Shown: positions 24,321 through 37,429 of the stretch, one piece after another
Layout: every line of letters starts with the position of its first letter
Numbering within the stretch: the first letter of the stretch is position 1
Origin: Octopus vulgaris
Taxonomy: Eukaryota
Direction: 5' to 3'
NCBI GenBank assembly: GCA_951406725.2
Contig: OX597814.1
Location: forward strand, 118,296,001 to 118,360,000
DNA: 64,000 nucleotides
Notes under the pieces: generated by a model
Seen by the model: the letters and a program-made list of their open reading frames with translations, nothing else
Database searches by the model: none
Told to the model about the DNA's origin: nothing
Position numbers and translations under genes: made by a program

Positions 24321-26708
24321 TTACTGACGCCGCCCAATGCAGCATAAATACTCCTAGCTTTCTGATCAACGACCGTTAAGATGATTTTCGACTACCCCCA
24401 ATACGTATATATATGTGGTTTTCAACAATATCTCTGTAAGAGATATTATCTCTTGACGAACACCGCAGTAAATTTGATTTCCGGGACGTATAATCATTAA
24501 CTATAATATACAATTAGTTTATTCAATTTAATGGTTCCGTTGCGTGTATTGTGGACACACAAACACATAGAAATATATTTAGACACACAGCATTCACACA
24601 CACACATACACATACACAAACCATTTACGTACACACACACAATACGTTGACACACACACAAAGAAAATATTCCCTCTCACACACACACACATGCATAAAT
24701 CATTCGCACACACATAGGGTAAACATTCTCTCACACACACGCACAAAATATTTACTCACACATTTATATATATAATCATACAAACAAAACGACTTTCTAT
24801 TATGAAGCATCGCAATCCCGAATCTCTTTCATCATGCTGTAGATAGATTTGTAGAATCATAGATTTAAAGAGATATCAAGATTGAGAGAGTAAATAAGGG
24901 AGGAAGCGATTATTTTACAATTATTAATTAAAATACCTATAGGTAGTTAGATAACGAGGTACTTGAAACTTTGAAAGTAGTTTCAAAATTTACGTTACTG
25001 AACATTATCTTATATTTTTTTCTAGAATATTCATATTGATAAAAGTTACTTTGATGGGAATACACAGCTAATTATGTTGAAAATTTTCGAGTGCCAATGG
25101 TATCTACAGATGAATTTTGTCGACAGAAAACAGTTAGTGATTTATATAACTAGTCACAAATTCGAACGCACATATACTCAACTATACATGTACATATAGA
25201 CACAGACTTCGAAATCATGGATCTGAGTGCATATGAATCGACATTTTGTATCAAAGATTCTTTTATTCCACTTCAACCTTCTCTCACCCAACTACGAATT
25301 AAATATATTCCAGTTGTAAAATCGAAGAAAAATGAAATGTTTGAAAGAAATTGTCGCCCACGTGAATACTTGTCCTCTCACTTGAATACATCTTGAAAAT
25401 TGTAACACGGAACCACTATGGATAAAATGATACAAAGTCAATAAATGAAAAAAATGTTTCCAATAAAGTTCAACATTTTCTAAATGTCGTTGTAAAAGAA
25501 ATATATCGAGCCATAGAGTGTTAGCATATTTATCGATCACTCATAAATCGGAGGTTACAGACTTAACTAATGTTGACTTATACAAATAGAAGTGAAATTC
25601 CTGGACAATGTCTGAAATTTCAATACCAGTAAATATCTCATCCATGTATGATAGTGAGGCAGAAGTCAAGAAGATTATTTCTAATACCACAGGGGCCTTC
25701 TCAACTACAAGTCGTGTACTGATTGTTTTTTTAAGAAGCAGCAAACCGGTTTGATGTAGAAGCAACATCAAATTCAAAACTGAACCAAAGTGCTTGGCTG
25801 AAAGACCCACGGACATGGAGCGTAGTTTGTATGATGTATAGAATCAAAAAGAATTTCCAATTTCAAAAAGACTTTCCAATTTTATCAGCCGACATTTTGC
25901 TAGTGTTTGATATTTTATACAGTTACACTTTGTTCTAAATTAGTATTATACAAAACAACCTTTCCTTACCAGCTGCCAGACACTTCGGACGATCAATAAT
26001 GCGTATCGAACGTTTAAGTAGCTTCGATTAAACATGACATCAACCCCAAAACATTACATGCGATTCCTTGCCGTCTTACGTCCGGGAAATTGTGCTAATA
26101 CTGAAGTAAAAAATATACACAAGTGACATCTAGTATCTGCAAGAGTTCCAGCATATTTAAGTCAATCGAATAGGAATGAGACATCGAGTTCTTATTTCCA
26201 AATAGTGCTTCTTTGAGACGGTAACAAGTTTGGCGCAAGTGATGCAGTCAATATCTTTGCTATATTGAATGGAAAGCAACAGTAGGATCTCCAATCTAGC
26301 GTGTTTTCAACAATTTTGGTGCCTTAATGGTAGGTTCAACTGCAGTAACAAGAAAAATGGCATCTGCATCATTGCTGACACAACAATTTGTTTTAATATT
26401 AATCATAAAAAGAAAGACTTAGTTCATTGACTTATGAGATTATTAAAAATTATCTCGATTTCTGGATGAGGAAATAATAAGACAGTAATGAATAAAGTAG
26501 TCTTCAGGGTAGAAATCTGTTAGAACCATGGGGTCCAAAACAATTTATCATATCAAGACGCTCATGAAGAGAGATTTCAAAATTTTACAAATAATTGCCA
26601 TTTACAGTACGCTGAAAATGAATTTGTTAGTGTAAAGAGAAAGATAAGAACTTTTAGATTAAAACATATCTTTCTCTTGAATCTCGCAATATATGAGTGT
26701 GTATTATG

Positions 26709-26709
<1 letters not shown>

Positions 26710-26804
<95 letters not shown>

Positions 26805-26860
26805 TATATACATATATATATACATATTATATATATATATATACATATATATGTATATAC

Positions 26861-26932
<72 letters not shown>
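26710..26932. repeat. Long (TA)n microsatellite, representative of many (TA)n, (TG)n, (TATG)n and (TCTA)n tracts in the window
   Basis: Seen directly. Other tracts include 15265-15342, 37250-37360, 41915-42126 and 56790-57000. Confidence 0.98.
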
Positions 26933-26934
<2 letters not shown>

Positions 26935-27180
26935 TATTATATATGTGAAACTTAAATCATATAATTTCCATATATGCGTATTCAATACAAAACAGACTGA
27001 TACACCGACATCATCTCCTACAAGGGAAAAGATCAGTCTTCTTCACGTATTACCGCACCAGATGTATGTGTGCGTATGTGCGTGCATGTGTGTATTTTAT
27101 ATATATTCATGTATGTATGTATAAGCATACATATAGATATGTATATAATCAAAATAAGCAACAAGGATATCCAGAGATAA

Positions 27181-27272
27181 TGCAGTACGATCGTTTCAAT
27201 CGACTGCATTTAATTGAATAATGCAATCATTTCATTATGTCAATTTAAATTGTAGAGCTATCTTCAGCTGCA
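27181..27272 (-). ncRNA. Type I hammerhead ribozyme motif (Penelope-like LTR remnant)
   Basis: Minus strand: UGCAG (stem I), CUGAAGA core, long stem II hairpin, GAAA, C-GAUC-G palindromic stem III, GUA cleavage triplet, CUGCA (stem I). Confidence 0.75.
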
Positions 27273-27349
27273 CAAAAACAGAATTTAATTAAATTTGAAG
27301 TACTCATTAGTATAATTTTACCCAAAATCTCCAAGAGGATAATTAAATA

Positions 27350-27623
27350 GAACCGCTAAGTTACGGGGACGTAAACACACCATCATCGGGGAGATAAACA
27401 CAGACACACAAACACACACACACGGACACACACCTCACACACGCATACACGCACATATATACACATACGACGGGCTTCTCTCAGTTTCCGTCTACCAAAT
27501 CCACTTACAAGGCTTTGGTTGGCCCGATGCTATAGTAGAAGACACTTTCCCAAGCTGCCACGCATTGGGACTGAAACATGCAGTTCGTAAGCAAGCTACA
27601 TACCACACAGTCACTCCTACGCC
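27350..27623 (-). mobile_element. SINE family 1
   Basis: Reverse-complement head taccacacagtcactcctacgcc and body tcagtttccgtctaccaaatccac. Confidence 0.9.
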
Positions 27624-27641
27624 TATATATATATATATTTA

Positions 27642-28009
27642 CAGAATGAGTCAAAAGTCTCCATACATAAAAATATTTTTTTTAATAAACGGTTTTTAAT
27701 ATCCCACACATCCCCTGATCTAACCCCTCTTGAATTCTATCTTTTGCGACATTTGAAATGCATAGTATATCGCGGAAGATAAGATACATAAATCGTTTGA
27801 AGGAACGCATCATCAACTCATTTGCACAAGTTTCACAATGTGTGCAATTACGATTTCACAATGAGTGAGGTAAACGTATTGCAATGTGTATTCAAAACAA
27901 CGGTAACCATATAGAGCTTGTTAAATACAGGAAAAAAAACTTTTGCTACAAACTGCTTCTTAGAAAAAGAAAAATGGTTACTATGTATGGCAACTTTTGA
28001 ATCACCCTG
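27642..28009 (+). mobile_element. Internally deleted Tc1/mariner element (DD37D/maT-like C-terminus), MITE-sized
   Basis: Imperfect 26-bp TIRs cagaatgagtcaaaagtctccataca and tgtatggcaacttttgaatcaccctg, with TA TSDs. Internal SPDLTPLEFYLLRHLKCIVY. Confidence 0.85.
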
Positions 28010-28720
28010 TATATATATACACATAACAGCCAAGAGATATTCACTAGTAATGTGACTGATGTCAGCTGTTGTGTACATACACATGTCTCGACGTATCTAC
28101 ACCCTCTAACATAACGCACATGTAAAATTTATTGACTAAATAATCGATTGAGTTCCAAATGAAATTCAATTTCCAGCGGTTAAATATTCATTGCCACATT
28201 CAAAAATTACATTTCTGCTCAAAATGAATATAATATAATCATAAAACCATCAAGTTTTAGAATATAATCGTCTTACTTTTAATCTCTAATTCATGTGTCA
28301 TTATTCGGTAGTATATAATCATAGACGTTTCTTTTGGTTATTTGATTAATGTTCCGAGACTTAGCTGTTCAACAGTGTACTAATTAATACGTTTTGAATA
28401 TAATTATGGCACCAATAAGAAAATTATTCCTATATAATATATAATATATAATACTTGTGGAAAAGTATTATATATGTGAAACTTAAATCATAATTTCCAA
28501 ATATGTGTATTCAATATAAAACAGATTGATACACCGACATCTTCCTACAAGGGAAAAGATCAGCCCTCTTCATGTATTACCGCACCAGATGTATGTATGC
28601 GTGTGTGTATTTTATATATATATTCATGTATGCATATATAAGCATACATTTATACAGACACACACACATTCATATATATATATATATATATATAATGTAA
28701 ATCCCCCTGTTTTTGGTGTT

Positions 28721-28757
<37 letters not shown>

Positions 28758-29257
28758 GTACGTAGTTTAGTATCTATCTATCCATATAGATATGTACCTA
28801 TCTATCTATCTATCTATCATTCTTGGCCTGACGGCCAACCTCCAACATCTCTTATGTCCATCTCCTATGTTCGAGTCTTTAGGCTTTCACTTCATACTCG
28901 CTAGCTCAATTTGATTCGTTCTCAGTCGAAAGACACCTGCTGTTATATTGTTGTTGTTTGCCTTTGTAATTGTGTACCATGTTCTCCGTTTTTTATCTTA
29001 GTTGCTGTACACATTCGGTAGCTTTCCTTTTCGGGGAAACCAGACCGAGCTGTTTCCAGTGTGACTGTCCGAAACAGTCATGACATCTGGAACTTGACCG
29101 AAGAAAGAAGGCCACTAATGACCCGTCTTTTTTGCCTCCCCTTTTATTGTTGCTTCTCCTGTTCGCCTTTGCATCGTCTATATGTCCGAATGTTTCATTG
29201 CTATCTATTTCGTTTTTCTTCCATTTCATACACACACACACACACACACACACGCAA

Positions 29258-29302
<45 letters not shown>

Positions 29303-29428
29303 GTGCAAAATAAGAAAATGTAGAAATACATCCAAATCAAATATCAATTACCAGATAATACCCAATCACATACTTTATTAAACCACCATATATATATATA
29401 TACTGAGAGAGAGAGAGAGAGGGAGAGA

Positions 29429-29484
<56 letters not shown>

Positions 29485-29500
29485 CGTGTATGTATATATG

Positions 29501-29552
<52 letters not shown>

Positions 29553-30289
29553 CGTGTGTGTGTGTGTGAGTGCGTGTGGTTTTGTGTATGTATGTTAGAA
29601 TCCTAGCTTGCTATGCACTGCTTTAGAGGCCGGTACTTTTGCCGAACAACGAAGTAATGGGCACATAAAACATCGATCGTTAAGCAGTGGAAAGGGGCAA
29701 GCACCTACGTAAAGACGTATGTGCATTGAATGTAATTTTTTCGGGTATGCTGATAAATATAATTGAATTCAATAAATTATGTTCGGACAATATATGCGAT
29801 CACGACTAAGTGTTCCGAAAATAAAAAAAATTCATCGAATTCAATATAAGCAACTTAACCAACCATTCTGCCCAGCAGGAAAACTTTTGGTTAAATATCG
29901 AATTAAAGATCCGGGCTTCAAGTTTGAAACCCCTAGCGAAGCTCCGTAACCTACCACTACTTCTTCTCCGGCATGGCATGGTCTACTTGTGTCTCACTCA
30001 TATGAGCTTGCCACCAGCTATGACTGTTCAAATAAAACGCTTCTCAACAATTCTATGTTTAGCAATGGTGGTTTCGAGCGAGCGATAACTATAAACGAAA
30101 GAGCTGTGAGATGTTTCTGCTCAGTGGCCATTGAGGTGTTTACAAATAAACATCACCGAGTACTGAAAATTGATTACATCAAAGACTTCATATTGTTGTC
30201 TCTTTATTAGATTCATCCTCATAGTAATATCAATGCCCGTCTTGCTGAACGGTGTGTAACCTAATGTACATTTACGCATTTCAAGTATA

Positions 30290-30680
30290 GGACCAAATTT
30301 TAAAATAATAGGCACAAAATTAGACACAAACCAGCTACAGGTAAGTTGACTACATTGACCCTAGTGCAAAGCTGATACTTATATTATCGACTCCGAAAGG
30401 AGGGAAGGTAAAGTCTGCGTCGGCGGAATTTGAACTCAGAACGGAAAAACGGACAAAATGCGTGTCAACGATTCTCCCAGCTCCCAGTCTTAAACAAATT
30501 TAATATTGGCTTCAAAATTTGGTGCAACGCCAGCAAGTTTCAGGCAGGAGGTAAGTCAATTATATCATTATATCGACCCAAGTACTCAACTGGTACTTAT
30601 TTAGTCGACCCCGGACGAAATGCTTCTGAACATCTTGCCGAGCGTGCTAATGATTCCACTAACTCACTACCTTACAAAAA
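30290..30680 (-). mobile_element. Two decayed SINE family 2 copies
   Basis: tccgaaaggagggaaggtaaagtc..cggcggaatttgaactcagaacg and atcgaccc..aactggtacttattt. Confidence 0.75.
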
Positions 30681-31419
30681 TTTAATATTAATGTAAAATG
30701 AAAACCATCTATCTCTCATGTATAACATGGTATGGTGAATGTAACTATTGCTGTTAAGTAAAGAAGATGGAAAAGATGAAAGCAGTCCTCCATAAATTGT
30801 ACATGATATATTGTGGCATTAATAGTCCACATTTATATCAGAAATAGAAATTTCAAATTAAGCAATGTGAACAAATATTAAATAATGTAAGAGAGTTGCA
30901 TCCAGTAGAAAACACATTGTCTGTGACACGATCGTGTATATGATGAATATAAAGATAAGAGAATGCTAAAGAAATGTAGAAAGCTCCTATGTTGGAGTGT
31001 ATATAGGACCAAATCCTGATAGTTGAATGAAAATATAGGGAACGAATATAATTTCTTTGTCAGCGATGTGAATAATCACATACATTTTTTTAATAATTTC
31101 TCTGCATGATGCTTTCTAGAGTATCAGAATATTAATGTCTTCCCTGCAATAAAAACAGGGTTCATCTTGGATTAATACTAGAGCAATAAATCTCAGGATT
31201 ACTAGACAGATATAAATATTGGAGTGCGAAATGAAATAAGGAACTTTTTTCTCGTTCCACAAATATGGAACTTTATATAAATGAATATTAAGAATGTGTT
31301 TCTATAAAGTCGACATCCTTATTTGAAATGAAGTGTCAAGAATAAGTTAAGAAAGATAAGAATTAGAACAGTAATTCCCACAAAACTATAGCGAACATGA
31401 GACTACGTAATTATTATTT

Positions 31420-31843
31420 TTCTCTTGTTTCAGTTATTAGACTGAGGCCATGCTTGAGCACTGTCGGGAAAAATTTGTAGTCGAATGAATGTGGCGATTA
31501 TTCTATCGGTCTGGTGCTTATTCTATCGGTTTCATTGCAGAAATGCTAAGTAATGGAGTTGGAAACACACCAGCATCAGTTTTCAAGCAGTCGAGGGAAA
31601 AAAAACAAAGACGCAAATACGGGTGTATATGTCTATACACACACATACATATATATAATTATTAATGTAGCTATTCGCAATTTAAAAACCAAATATATAT
31701 ACGACTAGCTACTTTCAGTTTCTCTCTACCAAATCAACTAACAAGGCTTTGGTTGGCACTAACTGAAGTTCCACAGGGTGGAACTGAACCCGGAACGAGG
31801 TGGTCGGGGAGCAAGCTTCTTAACATAAATCACGCCTCTACCT
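31420..31843 (-). mobile_element. SINE family 1, old copy
   Basis: Tail cttgtttcagtta..ggccatgct, body ttcagtttctctctaccaaatc, head gcaagcttcttaacata..cacgcctctacc. Confidence 0.8.
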
Positions 31844-31844
31844 T

Positions 31845-31940
31845 AAATATATGGAACACTTCACGAATTTGCGCGTCATACTTGCGCAGGAGACACGCAA
31901 TTTTTTCTGTATCGTTCGAATTTTAGAATATGTACTACAC
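31845..31940 (-). pseudogene. U6 snRNA pseudogene (retrocopy)
   Basis: Reverse complement catattctaaaattcgaacgatacagaaaaaattgcgtgtctcctgcgcaagtatgacgcgcaaattcgtgaagtgttccatatattt aligns to U6, with the ACAGAGA box mutated to ACAGAAA. Confidence 0.92.
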
Positions 31941-32081
31941 AAGTTATTCATAATTTCTCTATGTTCTTTTCATCCTTTAAGGATCAATAACACAAGAACC
32001 AGTTGAACACTGGGGCAGATTTAAACGATTTAATCCTGGCCCGAATTTTCTGGCCTTGTGCTAAAATTTGAAATCAATATA

Positions 32082-32200
32082 TGTGAAGACGCGTGGCTTA
32101 CAAGTTATTGTGCTGCACTAACACTTTCCAAATTGTGGATTCGGTGCCCCGAACGAGCGTCGTGTTCTTGAGTAAAACAACTCATTTCATGCTGCTCTAG
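32082..32200 (+). mobile_element. SINE family 3 head fragment, preceded by a family 2 tail (31960-32080)
   Basis: tgaagacgcgtggctta...gtgttcttgagtaaaacaac..atttcatgctgctc. Confidence 0.6.
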
Positions 32201-32448
32201 TGCCGTGTGGGGAGCGCCATACCAAAGAGTAGACCCAAACTGTCACCTGCGTATCGTGAAAGGAGACGAAATGAGGTTGAGGTTAGATTTCTTCTCCGAT
32301 TTCGTAAAAACTTCATCAACGTCAACTATACAAATGGTCGGTCGGTTGTCGTGTGAATGGTGCAAAAGTGTCAACCGCCTCGAGTATGCAATCACTAAAA
32401 ATGCTGCTACCCATTATTACAGACCGTGTTTCCTTACTGCTGCTGCTG

Positions 32449-32488
<40 letters not shown>

Positions 32489-32699
32489 ATGAATTAGTTA
32501 CAACTCTTTCGCCCCAAATATTAATCTAAGCTAAAAATATTGTCCTATACCTATGCAGCCATTATTATAAATCTAAAATTTACTGATCTTTTGATATCGA
32601 GATAGTTTCACTTATTCGTCACTTTTCGCAGCTGAAGTGACTTCTAAGGAAACATACGCTGTAAAGAGGAATTCATAGCAATCAATCCTTTATATGAAA

Positions 32700-33070
32700 C
32701 TAGCAATATCGCCTGGCGTTGCTCGGGTTGGTTTCGACCCTTTAGAATTGGAATTTTTGAAAAGTAAAACTTCTGCATTATGTAGCTTGTTATTCTCTTT
32801 AAGTGAACATTTTTCTGGTTGAAATACACCGAAAAATGGCGACACAGCAGTAAAAAAATCGGCAAAAATAGGGATTTTCATAGAAATAAAAGCATATTTT
32901 TGATGTAAATAATTTTTGGTCTTAATATGGTCCGATTTGAATTTTATCTTTTATGGAAAAAAGAGCAAGACTTTTGGTCAACCTGTGCCGCAGGGTCTCG
33001 GAGGAGATAGTGTTAGTTGAAGGCTACCAAACCTGCCACACACAGACAACTTCAGCTTTATATATATAGG
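32700..33070 (-). mobile_element. Short non-autonomous Helitron
   Basis: Minus strand starts CCTATATATATAAAG (for TC...) and ends cccgagcaacgccagg..gCTAG followed by T; its 3' hairpin is related to that of 3371-4517. Confidence 0.8.
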
Positions 33071-33406
33071 TATTGAATCCAACAGTTAAAAACATTTACA
33101 TATGCAGCAAAGTGTTCATCTGAAATTAACAGTACATAATTCACCCTTATGTGTACAATGGATTTTATTTATGTTTTCTGTCAATATATGCTTTACATGA
33201 ACTAAATATATTGGGAAATATATTACATATGGTGAAAGCACATCGGCGGGAAATAAACAAAAGAAGATAGTTCATATTAAGTAATATTATTGACTGAATT
33301 AATATTTTTGTATGAGATATGAACCAGGTAAGTAGATTCAACACGGAAACGAAATTAATGAAAGCGGGATTTATTTGAAAACTAATAAATCTAAGGAAAC
33401 AAAATT

Positions 33407-33608
33407 CTATTTCTTTACTACCCACAAGGAGTTAAACACAGAGAGGACAAACAAGGACAGACAAACGGATTAAGTTGATTAAATCGACCCCGAAAACATG
33501 AAAGGAAAAGTCGACCTCGGCGGAATTTGAACTCAGAACGTAGTGGCAGACGAAATACCGCTAAGTATTTCGCCCGACGTGCTAACAATTCTGCCAGCTC
33601 GACGCCTT
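33407..33608 (-). mobile_element. SINE family 2
   Basis: tatttctttactacccacaagg...gtcgacctcggcggaatttgaactcagaacg...ctgccagctc. Confidence 0.9.
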
Positions 33609-34351
33609 CAAGGATACAAATTTCTTTCAGAAAAGTATTTCTTTTACATGTGCGTCATATTGAAGATATCGAGAAATACTGTCACATTTGGAATTAAATC
33701 CGGTCTGACACATTTTGTTGCTCAAAAATTGCTGTGTGATAAGCCATCTTTGAGAAATTACAGTTGCAGGTATTTGATTTAAAAATTTGTAATAAAATAA
33801 TCAATTATGATACTGTCTCATTAATTAAAAATTATAGGAATGTAATATTAGATATTACTAAACAGAATTAAATCGATAACAACATGGACTACTCTCTAAT
33901 TGCTTGTTTCAATTAATGCGGTACACAACAGTTTTAAATTTAAGGAGAGAAATATGAATTTAATGCCATTATAGAATCAAAGATGATTAAGTAAAAGATC
34001 GAAAATATCGGCATGATAAAATATTCAAAATTTCTAAAAACATGCTGTGTGTGCTGAATAAACACTTTTTTAATTATTTAATTACGCCACAAACAAAGGC
34101 AGTATATGGAAAGTAATCTCTTCATGACAGGTAATTTCTGGTATGCGATTGACTCAATACCAATTTGGTATTTTCGTGACATGAGATATGAAAGAAACAG
34201 AATGAGATCATCTCTGGAAAGCGGTAGAAAAAAAAAAAGAATGCTTGATTCTTAGTTATTTATCTGTGTACGAAGAGAAGTAATGATACATCCACACGTT
34301 ATTATGACTTTTTAGGTTAAAACAATGCAAGGTAAAAAAAAAAAAAAAAAT

Positions 34352-34454
34352 TGGGCAAGTGTCTTCTACTATAGCCTCGGGCCGACCAAAGCCTTGTGAG
34401 TGGATTTGGTAGACCGAAACGGAAAGAAAACCGTCGTAAATATATATATATACA

Positions 34455-34545
<91 letters not shown>

Positions 34546-34762
34546 GTGTATGTTTGTTTGTCTGTGTTTGTCCCTCCATATTTGCTTTACAATTGCTGCT
34601 GGTGTGTTTACGTCCCCGTAACTTAGTGGTTCGGCAAAACCCACCGATCGAATACGTACTAGGCTTACAAAGAATAAGTCCTGGGGTCGATTTGCTCGAC
34701 AAAAGGCGGTGCTCCAACATGGCCATAGTCACATGACTGAAAGAAGTAAAAGAGTAAAAGAG
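34352..34762 (+). mobile_element. SINE family 1 lacking its head
   Basis: ttgggcaagtgtcttctactatagcctcgggccgacc... through tail gtaaaagagtaaaagag. Confidence 0.9.
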
Positions 34763-35272
34763 AATATAAAATGATAAGTAGTACTTTTACGTGGTATTTC
34801 TAAATTTTGGCGTTAGAACCCTTTCTTCAGGAATTCCACAGAGACAAAAATGCAATTACATTTAAAAGTTTTCGACGTCCTACAGGTAAAAGGTTGGCTA
34901 CGTCTAATAAAAGTTTAGTTATATAGTTATACTGACATGAATATATATCTTTACACACATGCATGTGTGTGTGCATTCACTTTTGTGTATGAGTCTGTGT
35001 TTGTGTGTGTGTAAACACGTACTCAGAATGACATTAACATATAATGTGTGTGAGCCACAATGGGTTTTCTCATATAGAATACAATAGTTCCCCTCTTCAA
35101 CTGAAATTGTCTTTAAGACACTTCAAACATTTAAAAATAGGTGAGATTTAGAGAAGTGAATCTCATTTGCGTCAAAGAGATACATTTGCATTAACTTTGT
35201 ATGTGGCTAATCTAGTGCGTTAGAGAGTTTCTTGCGATACTGGGAAATCTATTGAATTATTTTAAAGATCAT

Positions 35273-36040
35273 AAGGCAGTGAGCTGGCAGAAACGTTAGC
35301 ACGCCGGGCGAAATGCTTGGCAGTTTTTCGTATGTCTTTACGTTCTGAGTTCAAATACCGCCGAGGTCGACTTTGCCTTTCATCCTTTCGGGGTCGATTG
35401 AATAAGTACCAGTTACGCATTAGGGTCGATATAATCGACTTAATCCGTTTGACTGTCCTTGTTTGTCCTCTCTGGGTTTAACCCCTTGTGGGTAGTAAAG
35501 AAATAGGTATTTCGTCTGCCGCTACGTTCTGAGTTCAAATTCCGCCGAGGTCGACTTTGCCTTTCATCCTTTCGGGGGCGATGAATTAAGTGCCAGTTAC
35601 GCACTGGGGTCAATGTAATCGATTTAATCCCTTCGTCTATATTTGTCCTCTCTGTGTTTAACCCCTTAGGGTAGTAAAGAAATAGGTATTTCATCTGCCG
35701 CTACGTTTTGAGTTCAAATTCCGCCGAGGTCGACTTTGCCTTTGTTGCTTTCGGGGTCGATTAAAGAAGTACTAGTTACGCACTGTGGTCGATATAATCG
35801 ACTTAAACCGTTTGTCTGTTCTTGTTTTTCCTCTCCATGTTTAGCCCCTGGTGGGTAGTAAAGAAATAGAAATAGGTATTTTGTCTGTCTTTACGTTCTG
35901 AGTTCAAATTCCGCCGTGGTCGACTTTGCTTTTCATCCTTTCATGATCGATAAATTAATTACTAGTTACGTACTAGGTTCGATCTAATCGACTGGCTCCC
36001 TCACCTAAAATTCCGGGCCTAGTGCCTAGAGTAAAAGAGA
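35273..36040 (+). mobile_element. Tetrameric SINE family 2 array with a single TSD
   Basis: One head followed by four units of about 180 bp (cgttctgagttcaaattccgccgaggtcgactttgcc); tattttaaagatca on both flanks. Confidence 0.9.
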
Positions 36041-36547
36041 ATATTTTAAAGATCAGTCGTGCATTGATAAGTGTGTGCTCGTTTCCTTATTGGAGTTCCG
36101 GAATATCAACGTGATGGGTAATATTTTTGAATGATTTTTAACGTTAAACCTATTCAGAATTTAAAAGAGTTCAGGTTGACTGAGACGCAATAATGTATTT
36201 CTTTTAGCGAATAGTCGCCTTGATGTCGAAACGTAATAGTATTGCTACATTGGGTGCAACTTGGCCTTTTGATGAAAGAGGAATATGTGTGTTTGTGTAT
36301 GGGTGTGTTTTAGTTTGTGTGTCTGTCTGCTTAAATGAGAAGATTTAAGTGAATGTGTGTATAACTCTACATTAATCTGCTCACTCACTCGCAGTTACAC
36401 CGTCATGCCTATATACACATTCACGTATTTTTCAAGTATTGGAAACTGAATGTTCTTTTCATCTGTAGTGTCTATCTTTATATAACGTATATTTATGTGT
36501 CTGCGTGTGTTGATATGAGAGTTAATGGATCCCTCTGTGCTTGTGTT

Positions 36548-36585
<38 letters not shown>

Positions 36586-37249
36586 CTATATATCAAAATA
36601 GGCATGTGTGCATATCAAAATTTCCTAAAACTCGCTACTTATTTGTAGTAGTAAAGCCACATAAATCCTACGTAGGTAAAATATTTTACAGCTTTTATTA
36701 AAATCCTATAAAACTTTTTTCATATTTTCCATATATGATGGAACCTACGCAAACTATAAACTAGGACTTTCAAATATTGATTTCTTCAGTGGCTGAATTA
36801 AATACTTGTTTTTTTTTCTTTATGGTAATACTCATTCCTATTTCTACACAAGAAAAGAAAGTCTACACATGCACTCAACTGTATACACACTCGGTTATAC
36901 ACACAAGGACACACATACATCAAAATTTACCTTTGTGCTCTCAAAAGCACACTCATATGTATATTTGTTTGTTTGTGTACATAAACCACTACACACACAC
37001 ACACACACATACACCAACACACACATATATATAAAAGAGGTAATGGTGTCATTGAGACCCAAAGGTGTCAGGTAATGCTGAATAAGTGCTATAGACAGGT
37101 CATAGTTAAGTTCCCGGTTCGGTAATTTTGCGAATAAGGGGTGCAACGTTGGTCATATGTTAGCGTGTGTGTATAAGATTTTTTTGCGTAATGAAATAGA
37201 AAAACCAAGGTTGTGTAGATTTTAGAACATTTTATAGATATAAGGTCTG

Positions 37250-37328
<79 letters not shown>

Positions 37329-37429
37329 CTCTATCTATCTATCTATCTATCTATCTATTATGTACAAACATACATTCATACATACATTCAAATACATATG
37401 CATATGTATATCTGTGTACATACATATAA

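Larger units (their letters stand above)
26933..28650 (+). repeat. Direct duplication of about 200 bp (26933-27135 and 28464-28650)
   Basis: Both copies read agtattatatatgtgaaacttaaatcat...cctacaagggaaaagatcag...taccgcaccagatgtatg...taagcatacat. Confidence 0.9.
23680..31300 (+). pseudogene. Decayed Toll-like receptor pseudogene C
   Basis: AACP..NPLYTTEALLDLNG..TFH*ANLLQHL (23765-23960), IHIDKSYFDGNTQLIML (25029), FEIMDLSAY..KDSFIPLQPSLTQLRI (25208), IISNTTGAFSTTSRV (paralogous to a motif in copy A), cap-like VRCFCS (~30105), post-TM AVK*RRWK (~30755), TIR-like HDR..CRKLLC..LLDRYKY (30927-31230). Confidence 0.6.
32490..36860 (+). pseudogene. Decayed Toll-like receptor pseudogene D
   Basis: ISYNSFAPNINL (32493), QLKHLHM, LHELNILGNIL (33193), LKISRN, QLQVFDLKIC (~33760), SLRHFKHLKI..LTLYVAN..SCD (35110-35240, cap-like), RRFK..HVFFKY (~36340-36440), TIR-end-like FLQWLN*ILVFFSLW (36781). 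Confidence 0.55.
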
